Source: Selaginella moellendorffii
Taxonomy: Eukaryota; Plantae; Lycopodiophyta
Length of the DNA: 64,000 nt
Reading direction: 5' to 3'
Assembly (NCBI RefSeq): GCF_000143415.4
Contig: NW_003314307.1
Location: forward strand, 1,313,684-1,377,683
Both the position numbers and the translations under genes were made by a program. The notes below the pieces were generated by a model. That model was not told where the DNA came from and searched no databases. It saw nothing but the letters and a program-made list of their open reading frames with translations. Below, in pieces: positions 25,412-36,134 of this stretch (positions are counted from its first letter, which is position 1; every line of letters begins with the position of its first letter).

Positions 25412-28400
25412 GCGAGGAATTGCGTTCTTCTTCCAGCCACTGTCAATGTGGATGTAGAGAAGGGGGAGGAGCTCACCAGTTAGACTTTCGGGATGGAAGG
25501 TGAGGATCTGAGGCTGTACAACACAGATGGTGGGAGAAAAGAATGCATGGGGATCTTCATCCAAGTGACAGACACTCCATGCAGTTCCATGCAAGAATAT
25601 GGACTGGCACTTGTGGTAGAGACAGCGTCCGCCTTCAAGATCCACTTTGCACATCCTAGCGGCTTCCCAGAGGGGGGCAGCGGCTATGAGGAATTCCTAG
25701 AGGGAGCTAGGGAGAGGTTGTCCAGGAGGCCCACAATTTCAAAGACGCTGCGGGGTCTATGAAGATCACATGGAATCCACGGACCTCACCTATGGCGATG
25801 TTCAAAAACTATATTCCAACATTGAGCCGTTGAGAGTGCCTCCAGTTCGCAAAGCGAAGGGGAACGGGGTCGATCTGGAAACTACCCCGAAGCAAAAAAG
25901 GGTGGTCAAGCTCAAGCCGACGTCCGACTCTCCTGCTCCAAAAAAGAAGCTACTCGGTGATGCCATTGCCTCGGGTTCGAACACTACACCCACCAAAAAA
26001 AAGAGCCGCAAAGAGCAGAAAGAGCAAGAAGAGGCAGCAAAAATCGTCGCAGATAATAGTACTTGTTACTATTCCAACAAAGTATATACAATCGACGTGA
26101 GCCGTATCGACATCCAAAGCAAATACAACCACAGGCTAGTATCTGATGAGTGGGTGGAGAAACTGAAGCAGAAGATGCTGGCAAGTCCAGTAACACCTGA
26201 CATCGCAGACGTGATCCCCTACTACCGAACAATGAAGGGCGAGACGAGGTTTCCAGACTTGATCAATAGGAAGGTGTTGGACGATCAGAACATCCGGTTC
26301 TATGCCGTCTCCGGGCAGCATTCTAGCTTGGCGATGCAAAAGATAGTTGTGGATATTATGGTGGGCGAGGAGGTGAAGAAAGTCTTCAAGACAAGAGTTG
26401 TCCGCCTGATAAAAGGCAACTCGCCCCTCCGATCTATCATATACATCTCCCACGCGCAGAATGTCAAGCAAGAAACGTGCTACAAATCGGGTCTGCACGA
26501 GACATTGGCACGAACACGGAAGCTCTGGGTTCAACTGAAGAAGCCACAAAAACCAGGACAAGGACGTGCACTAGCAACTAGCGCCTGGCAGGTAAGCCTC
26601 GTTGCATGTGGCATAGCATGTGGCCTCACGCCATTTCCATTGCAGGAATTCTCAAGTCTTCTCTCGAAAACACTGGGGGTCAATGACACACTCAGCATCC
26701 ATAACATTCTACTCGTGACAAAAGTTGTTTTTGACAAATGGGTAGATGTGCTGAGGAGGTACCATGACGGGGAGTTGCTAAACTCAATGGGTGTGGAGGA
26801 CGGCCGGAAGCCCAATGATTTGAAGCTCAATGCCTTGCGTTTCTCGCGGTCTCTAGACGATGACGACCTTCTGACAGTGGCTAATGCTCTTCTACGTGGT
26901 GAGGTAGTCTTCAACAAGACCAAAATGACTCCCGGCCATATTGTGACATACGAGGACTTGTGCACAACTCTGAGAGCTCGTGCGCTATTGAAGGATTGGA
27001 TCTTCGAGCAAGTGGCCATGGAGAGGGTGAGCATCGACACCACGCAAGAGATGATGGAAGAGCTGGAGTTGTCAAATGAAGACATCGACGAGTACGTGAA
27101 GGGGGCCCCCAAGTTCATTGATCTGCTGCGGGATGCCACGAAAAGTAAAGCTGAGAAGTTGGATCAGTATCCAAATTTCATTAAGAGGGATGTCAACTGC
27201 CGGCTTCAGAAACAGCTCGACCCCGCAGCAGAGGCCTATCGAGAACCTTACCGGGTATACGTGAATTCGGATGAGGATCAAAGGTGGAGGAGCATCATTT
27301 CCCGTGGAGATGAGCAGGTCAAGAACAGTTTTTGTGTGATGGACTTCACAAACGAGGAGATCACTCATGCAAACGAAGTCAGCTCCATCATTGACTTAAT
27401 GGTGGGACTTGCGGAGGTGGAATCTTCAGTCCACTATATGATCTACGACTCTGAATCCTATCACAAGTTCTGGAAGGCCTTGAACGAGGTGAAGGCTCGG
27501 TTGAAAGGCAAGGAGATGCAGGAGATCCATGGGATAATGGCTAAGAAGAAGATACCGACGAATGTCCGCATCTTCACACTCGCCCTTGTTATTGGTCCTG
27601 CAGCAGAGTGGGACTGGAGTGACTTCCCAGCTTCGTTTGACAAGGCCGATCGAATTGATCTGAGGGAGGTCAATTTACCCGTGCCTGAGGAACTGAAGAC
27701 GGCTATGGAGCTTTCGAATCCAGAGAAAGCTCTAGGTGCAGCATGGGAAATGCTTAGCTGGGTCTTCAACGCAATAGCGGGTGGGCACCTGCTTCCGACT
27801 CCAAGGGCAAATGCGTTGTCGAGTACAACTGCGGCGGACTATTCTTTTGAGCCGCACTACTCAAGGGTGTCCCGTGTGTTGTGGTGACAAACTCCATTGA
27901 AGAGGTGACTTCAATGGAGCATATAATGACAGTTGCCAAAGAAAAACAGTATCTTCTCTGCGAACCTGGTGAGTACGCACTTTAAGTTTAAATGTTATCT
28001 CACAAGCTCTGTATGCAGGAGCGTGGCCACCCCCAGATGCTGAAACGGCGTTAACAGCTACTGTTGAAGATACCCATGTTGGGCCGAGCTCACAACCTGC
28101 ACAAGGTAAGGTCACGTGAGGCCTCACGCCATTTTGATTATAGATCGTTGTGAATATTCAGAAACGAGGACTGAAAAGCGCACTGATGGCACGTCGAAGA
28201 AGGACAAACAGACAAGCAATAGGAAAAAAGGAGGTACAAATTATATTTGCAATGGCGTGTGGTCTCATGCCATTCCTTGCAGGAGACACTTCTTCAAAGG
28301 CAAAATAGGCAAGCACCAGCCAAGCTCAAACTGACAGTGGTCATAAAAAGCGAAAGCACGTTGGACAGTCGTCGGGATCAGAGGCGTTTGATTCGAAAAG

Positions 28401-30784
28401 GAAGAAGGGCAACAAAAAGATGATAGGTAATGCCTCGCAGTTATGGCGTGTGTGCTCATGCCATTCATTGCAGATCAAGGGCTGAGTGAAAGCAGCCAGT
28501 CACCACCTCCTGACTCAGATTCCTATGGCAGACTCCCCTTCCCCAATCTCAATGGAGAGGTACAATGGATGAGGGATGCTTTTCAAGTCAGGGCCACGTT
28601 TTTCTCATCTCGTCGTCTTCGAAGGGTGCAAGAACGTGCAGAAACCATGTTAAGATAGTCGGGTGAGGATACGGTCCTAGGTCACGCACTAAAACAGGCT
28701 ATGGATGTCTTGTATTTTGAGATGGAGACTCGGCCAGATGATTTTCCCAAGATGGTCCTGGAACAACAAGCCATCCAGCCTGAGCAGCCTATGGAAGAAA
28801 TGCAGGAGGGGGATGAGGAGCCAGAGAAAGATAATGAGCAAGAAGAGCAGAAGGACGAAGAGGAGGACAAAGAAGAGGAGGGCGAAGAGGACTTGGATGG
28901 TCTTCACAATGGTGACGATCACAATAACGACGACGACGATGATGATGACGATGGCCAGCCTGAGGTGGCCAAAGAGCAGCGGAGGAAGGTCATACAAGAC
29001 AAACCATCAGGTAAATAATAGTACATCCATTCCTAACCTTTTACCATTTCTAACATTGTCCATGTAGGTCGCAGAGCAAATGGTAAGTAGAGATTATTCA
29101 GTTGAATTAAGATACAAACTCTAGCCTTTAGTGTCGAGGAAGGATAGTGCCAAGCAAGGGTCGAAACGTATGTCCAATCCTTCAGAATCAGCAGTGCGCC
29201 CAAGTGATATCGGTCCTAGTTCCTCAATAGCAGTTGATGGTAAATACAGTATAGTCGATTCAATGTGCTAATGAGTTTGTTTTTAGTAGCCAGTAGGGAG
29301 GATACCATCTCAATCGAAGGGAGATATTTGGACATGCATATGGATCCGCCAGTGGACTCTACTTGCCTGCAAGAGTCATCAGAGCTGGTGGAGGCTACTA
29401 TCCATATCAACGCCAAGCAAACTGACCACGCTCCACTTGATGCTGCCCATACCACTGAGTCAATCTTGTCCACGTATCCAACTGACGGTGACCAGGCGCC
29501 ATTGGACCCGCATGAGGCCGCCCCAGCCGCTGAGCCGGTCGTATCCTCATTTCCAACGGACTCAACGTGTGCCCAATCGTCTGACTACGCGCCATTGGAA
29601 CCTCCCTACACCGCCCCTGCTGCCTGTTCGGTCATGTCCACTTTGCCAACGGAGGCACCAGCTGAAATGGCGTGTGATCACACGCCATCAGAACCACCCC
29701 ATGCCACTGTTGAGCCAGTTGTACCAGAGTCTACAGCTGAAATGGCATGTGCCCACACGCCATCGGATGCGATTGACCCCACATTGCAAAGGAGAGTATT
29801 TCCGCCCTTCACGTTTCCTCGACCAAAACCCTCTCAACGACCATCGGGAGCACCATTCGCTAGTATTGTAGATGGTAAAATTGACTTGTTCCATTTTTTA
29901 TGCTGACGCATTTCATTTCAGAGTCACGGCGAAGGTACTGTATCGTTTTTTATCTGAACGGTGTCCTTTTCTCCCATGAGCGTGGCTCGTCCTCGAATGT
30001 CACTGCACCCTCCAAAGCCTGTGGTCGCAAGTTGGTCAAAAGAGACAGATTCACATTAATCACACGGGAGAAACTGCGGGATCTAATAATGACCATGCGA
30101 CACTTAAAACAGAGGGCTGGGTTCAATTTGCAGTTGGGAGTTTGGACATCCATGATGCGCCACAATGCATTAACGTTGCTACTGATGATGCACGATCAGA
30201 CGCGAGTAATATTACCATTTGACTTTCTCCTAACGCAGGAGGATTGCTTGACTATGGTCCATGTGAGGGGTAGCAAGCCCATCTTCGTCAAGCCAGAGGC
30301 TGTAGTGATGAACCGGACTGCTAGGTCAAGTGAAATCCTCATCATCGATGACTCACCGATTAAAACTGCAACGAACACGCACACATATGCAGTGCACCCC
30401 ATCTCTTGCAGTATGGAAACTAGGGAGAAGAAACCGTATGTTCTGGGGGACCTTGCAAAACGGCTTGGAGCGATGGTGATAGAGAACCGGCCAGTCCAGG
30501 AGGTGACTGCAGAAATCAACCAAATGGCAGATGGAACGGTATATCAGAAGCCATTTGATTGGACAGACACCAGTCATCATTTATGGCATGTATATTGTCT
30601 AGCCAAGCACTATCCGCATCTCCATAATCTGCTCAACTAGATGGGTTCTTCGACCACTGAACATGAGCGTGGACGTATTAGAGAAGAGATGGCATTACTA
30701 TTGGGTTTAAATCCTGATAGTGTGGAGAGTGATGAAATTCCAAGATTATTGTATAGGCGTTGGAGGCAAAAAATAACAGTCTGA
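25412..30784 (+). pseudogene. Transposon cargo gene, copy 1: ParB/Srx-like + degenerate N6A/N4C methyltransferase-like + acidic/Pro-rich linker + FCP1-like HAD phosphatase
   Basis: Introns 26592-26645, 27969-28018, 28106-28161, 28234-28282, 28427-28473, 29011-29067, 29083-29131, 29240-29286 and 29875-29921 join the exons in one frame. Motifs: IDV..ID...NHR.V...V..L..., YAVSGQHS, EK...W......KGKCVVEYNCGG...AAL..G..CVAV, IVF(D/Y)LNGVL, VWTS, IIDDSPIK. Most lesions are complemented by copy 2. Confidence 0.75.
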
Positions 30785-33700
30785 GATGGCATGTATTTAT
30801 TTAAAAATGTAACTTATTATGGCATGGGGTTCCATGCCATTGTATTAATATTAAAAGACAATTCTTTGAGAGGATTTGCATTATACTAGAAGTGTTACAG
30901 CATGTTATTGGAAGTCTACGAAGTTGTTTTATTAATAAGGGGAAAGTAAAGATTGAATGGGGACTTGGGCTCCACCTAAACTCGGAACAACTGAGCCAAT
31001 ATTAAAAGGATGGAAAGAAATTGGACAACGATGACAAGGAGAAGAGAGAGGTGAAGCAGTGGCAGGGGGAGGAGAAGTGATTGAGTAGACATTTCCTTGT
31101 TTAAAATAAAATGGCATGTGCCTCAATGCAGTTGAATTTTGTTATATTTATATACTATATAAAGGTTTGGAAACCTTATTTTACAAGTGGGATAATGACA
31201 ATTCCCACTTTAACGAAATAGAGCTTTCTTGAGAGTGCTCTCTAGTGTTCCTGACTGTGCAAACTCCTCTAAATGTTGGCCGAATCCCAGGATAAGACAC
31301 AACATGTTTCGGAGCGAAAAGGTGATAGGAGTGTCAACCAACTATTGAAGAACCAGCTCCATAATAGGAATAGTTGTTGGTGAGATCTTAGGAGGACAAG
31401 AGAGTAGTGACTTGAAGAGGAGCTTACAAGCCACCCTTTATGTCACTGGATCTAGTGCCAACAGAGATTCACTTGCAACCAATGCCAGGGGATCTATGGG
31501 AGGCTGAGTGGCTGCCTTCTTCTTCGCTTGGGCTCGAGTGGCTGTGGTTTGTTGCTGTTGCCTATAGAGTTCCTCGGCTACCAAAATCATGTTAACCGAT
31601 GAATCGAGTGCCTTGTCTTTGCTTGACGAATTGGCTGTCTCAATTGCTTGTCGCTCCAACTACTCCTAATATGTCTTTGGACCTCGAGACGATGTGGAAT
31701 TATCAGCAAAGGGATGTTGTTGGACATGTTGAGAAGGTGGGGGCCGAAGCTCTGGGTGAAGCTTGAAGTAGCGCTGCGTGTTGTGTGTGTTTGTCTCGTA
31801 GTGAGTGCACCAACGGGACTTAAATCTGCGTTCCCAAGCTGTAGCAGCCTCTTTCCTGGACTCCACCAGCTCCTAGAGTAGTTTGTCATGGTGTGATTGC
31901 TACTAAAGAATTATCTCCTTCAGCTGCCGTATTTCATTGGCAAAGTTCTCAATAGCTGGAGATGTATGCTCAATAGCGACGAGCTTTGTTGTGGACAGGC
32001 GAATAGCTATACAAGGTGACTCTGACGGGGTGATGGCTTGGTCGAAATCAACTCTAGCAATCCCCAGGTTGACAAGAAGCTCTCTTTCCAGCTTCGTGGC
32101 AAATGAAAATGCCTCGTGGCAAGACTTGAATGTCTTCTTAATAAGTTTCCACTGCAAGTCCCCATGCAGACCTACTGTGAATGCCATGATCCCCTGTTGC
32201 TCATCTTGGACCACTCTACAATCCCAACACTGCTTCCAATATGCTCGAACTGGGTGATGTAGTCAGGAACAGACTCGTAAGCACCCTGCCGGAACGAAAA
32301 GAGGTCGACAAGTAGCCGATTTGTGGGTTTTTCTTCAACAAAACATTCCTTGAAAGAAGCAAGTAGTGTCTAGAAGTCTGTTTGGTCCTCTGGGAAGAGA
32401 GAATCTGCCCAAGTTGCTACTTTGCCTTTGAGAGATTGCAAGAAGTCGGGGCACATACAATCATCATCGATGATCATGTTTGTGGTGCAATAATAATCAA
32501 AGCGACTGATATGCAATGTTGGAGAGACTGTTCCAACACCTGAGAAGGTTGGCAGATCACTCCCCTTCTATAGAACATGGAGTTGAGGTCAAGCTAAAGG
32601 TGGTTGCGCCATAGCTCATAGATCTAAGTCACTGGAATCTACCGAGGATGAAGAGGACTCGGCCTGAGAAGGTGCAGTGTTGTATTTAAGCTACCTTTGG
32701 ATGTTAGAAATTTTACTCTGTACCTTAGGGGCTTGAGGTATGGTAAAAGGGTGCCAATTTGTACTAGCATCAAATACCCTGAACACTGCAAATGCCTGGT
32801 CAAGGCAACTGAGTAGATAGGAGCAAGAAGATTGTAGACTTGTGCTCAAGCTGCACAAAGTTGCCTAAAATGCCTATGACAAAGAGAAATAAGGTCGAAA
32901 TGGAACCCCTTACCTCAAGCATACGTAACAATTGACCCATAGGGTAACCGCCGGAATAGCCGCTGGAGTAGCCACTAGAGTAGCCGCTAGAGTAGCCGGT
33001 GGAGTAACCAATAACCTATAACCAGTAACTGAGGACCTAGGAACTTGTAACCAGTAACCCCGCTACTCTCAGTCCTACTCCTTCGCCTGCTCCTACTGTC
33101 CCTATTCCTATGCCAACTCCTATTCCTGCTCCTCCTGTTCCTGTTCCTACGCCAACTTTTGTTCCTGCTCCTCCTGTTCCTTGAAGATTGCTTCGTTCCC
33201 AAGGAACTCCTAACAAAGCTTAGCCCAAAAGAGAAAAATGAGTCCTCTGGTCTTGATCCTTCCCCATTTTGACTATAGGTGGGCTCATTAGAAAAAGCTC
33301 AACTTCATTTACCCTTTATTGCAAGAGTTTGTGAAGAAGCTACCTCAATATTCCCCAAAATCCAAGAAGAGGTAGCCTAGAACACCAATATTGTGGAAAA
33401 ACATGTGCATGTCACTGATGTAGATCGATACTAAGGCACTGTTGGTAGTTTTGGAAAGCCTAGGACCAGGAGCACTTATAGAAACAAACAGCATCCAAAA
33501 CAAAGCATGGAGAAGCATGAATTCCTACTACAAAGATGACCCAATCTAGCCGGAGAAAAAAATCCTTTTGCATGCTGTCAATTTGCCTAAATCTAGTGCC
33601 AAGAATCACCACTACTCATAGATCTAGGCTAGATCTACAAGCCTAAATGCACTACCTTGCGAAATTAGGCCAAGGATCTAGGCGAGAAAGTGAAAACCCC

Positions 33701-36134
33701 CAAAATGTTCATTCGACCGAGTCAAGAAATGTTGTATCTCTTCAAATATTACATGGCTTGATGAGCGCCATACCTTGCTGGAAAGAGGAGCTCCAAACCT
33801 ATCCAACAAGCCTAAGATCCAACAAAACCACTGCAAGACCAACGAGAAATTGGTTCTCAAACTCTGCATCCAAAAGAAAAAGAGAGAAATGATGCCTCAG
33901 AAAGTACTGCACATCATGTCGGGTTCATCATTTGTTGGGGGAAGGAGGGGCACCTCCCCCAACGCTCACTCAAACACAAAAAATGCTTCAATGCTCTTCA
34001 CAAAAATGCCCCCCTTTTGCCCTACTGGGGCAAGGGTTTTATACAAGGAAGATGGGGAATATTTTGAGGACTTAAATATTCCCTCTCTCTCTCTCACTCT
34101 CTCGGTGGCTATGCCCTAACAATGGAAGAGAGGGAAAAGAAGATTGAGGGATATGGAGCAAAGAGGGTGAAAACTTTGTAGAGTTAGGAACAGAATCCTG
34201 ATTTGAGTTTAGGGAAATTTTCTTGATTCAGACTCAATGAATAGCAGGGGAAGATGTGGGAGAGACAAACTGTAAATTCCTTCCAACAGATCTGAGGTTG
34301 GTGCAATTGGAACCAAGGGAAGGCCAAGGACCACAGAGGAGGATTTGCTATTGATGATGTCGAAGGTGATATCGGTGATGGTGGATCCGATGTCGTTTCG
34401 GGCAACGTTTCCCTAAATCCAGAAGATGGAGACACAAAATGCCTGCCAATGCCTTTGACCCTCAAATCCCATATGGTAGGAGAAAGAGGAACATGATGTC
34501 AGGCAGCAAAGTCTATATCCAAGAAGCAAGAAGATGCACCCGAGTCTAGTAGCGCCAAAGCCTTGAGTCCTGATTGTCCAGTGAAAGAAAGGAGACATGG
34601 GATGCAGAAGTTGGGGGAATTGGTGGTGGCTTTGATGAAAGGTGGTGAGGAGCTTGATAAAGAAGAAAAGTGATTTCTATTTGGGGAGTCCAAACAGACA
34701 GCTCCTACTCTATTTAGACGGGGTCGTTTCCCAATTGCAATAGAGGTGGACCTTGAAGAAAAGTGAACTCAAGCACTCGAGGAGGCTTCTTGGGAGACAT
34801 AGCTGCTTTGTGATTAGGATCAGCATAATAGAGGCAAAGATTCTTAAATATTCGACATTGCTTCTTAGCAGGACTCAGCTTCCTTCTGATGAGTTGGAGA
34901 GTACCAGAAATATCCATCGGGATCAGAGTAGTAGGTCTAGGAGTATGCCCCGAAGACTCAAGCTAGGATTCCTGAGTCTGGGACAGGAAAACGGCAGCAT
35001 GACGACTTTTCTGACGACGTTCAAAGAAATGATTGTCGCATTGAACAGCTTTGTTGATGACGTCTGACAGGTCCATGGGATCCTCCATGGTGAGCAATAA
35101 ATCCTTGACACTGTTGTTGAGGCCGAAACGAAATTGATCAATCAGGGCCCGCTCATCCCACTGAGTATCCAAGGCAAGGAGTTGGAACTCTGCAATATAG
35201 ATCAAGGCAAGATGAGACCCTTGAGAGAGATGTCTCATCTTTATGGTGGCAGCCTGAACCCGATCCGTCTTGCTAAAACACGCTTCAAGCTTCTTTTTGA
35301 ACAACTGAAGATCCATTAGCTCCAGAACTATGACCCCTTTCATGCTCTTCTCCAAGAGAGGAGAAAACCATGACAAAGCTGCACCTTCGAGCAATATCCC
35401 GATTGTGCCAATTTGAACTCGGGAGTGGGGTACCACCAATATTGAAGTGCGAAGATCAGCTCCCTCTGGTTCAGAAATCTGCGAAGCTCCGAATGCTTGC
35501 TTGAGAACTTTGCCGGGAAACTCACCTTTGGTTCAGGAACTCTGCTTGATCCTTGAGCCGAAAGTGAAGCAAGCTCCTGTTAAATGTGAAGAAGGGTTGT
35601 TTTCAGCTTAGTATTCTCACACTGGATTTTTGTAAGGACTTTGGTGAAGAAATTAGGATGGCTTGGAGACTCCATCGGCAAAGAAGAAAGAAAAGGGGGA
35701 AAAGGCAAAGGCAATCAAAAAATCAAAACGAGCTAAAGCAAAAGCAAAAAGCACAATCTGAATCAAACTGTCAAGACCCCTAACAAGATCAAGACTGGAA
35801 AATGCAGAAAACAAAGAGAAAAGCTAGTGAAGACGAAGAAGAGACCTTAGACTGGCATTGATTCAGATTGTGGAGAAATGGAACAAAGCTAACCTATATA
35901 TATTATACGTTGATGAAGCTCTACCACTCTTGGATCGAGGATGGCGTAAATATAGCTAAGGTTGAGGAGGCGCCATATCATCATCAGGAATGTGGTTCGA
36001 GAATCAGGAATCGTATGGGAAATCAGAGAGTCAGGAATAGAGAAGTGTCTTGAGAGTTAGGAATGTGGTCTGTGGGTCAGGAATTCAGTGAGAGTCAGGA
36101 ATGTGGGAAGAATTGAGGGATTCATGACACAAAC

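Larger units (their letters stand above)
17472..31226 (-). mobile_element. Large TIR DNA transposon, copy 1 (13.76 kb; Sola-like DDE transposase plus cargo gene)
   Basis: Perfect 24-bp TIR AAGCTCTATTTCGTTAAAGTGGGA at 17472-17495 and its reverse complement at 31203-31226; TSD TCTT at 17468-17471 and 31227-31230. The whole unit recurs inverted at 45913-59688. Confidence 0.95.
14046..34121 (-). mobile_element. Gypsy-type LTR retrotransposon (element B, non-chromovirus-like), degenerate, nested in element A
   Basis: ~188-bp LTRs 14046-14232 and 33933-34121 (TGTTGGGG...CTAACA); 4-bp TSD ATGG; PBS resembling the plant tRNA-Trp 3' end (CATGTCGGGTTCATCA on the + strand, ~33915-33930). Gag remnants at 31.6-32.6 kb, protease region at ~17.0-17.4 kb, RNaseH (EKEAVAIV) at 16078-16530, integrase tail (ALWAFRTS..TTPFSLVYG) at 15829-16065. 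Confidence 0.8.
9897..36129 (-). mobile_element. Ty3/Gypsy chromovirus (element A; Tf1/Tcn1-like), degenerate, hosting nested insertions
   Basis: LTRs 9897-10259 and 35769-36129 (TGTC...GACA), TSD CAAAC on both sides, PPT next to 10259. Also gag (34963-35439), protease ALLDSGAS (~34550), RT/RNaseH (12697-13945), integrase and chromodomain remnants. Confidence 0.92.

Noticed and set aside
18014-30840. CRISPR-like array interpretation of the palindromes
   Set aside because: Spacing is irregular (36 bp to more than 1 kb), there are no uniform spacers and no cas genes, and the context is eukaryotic.
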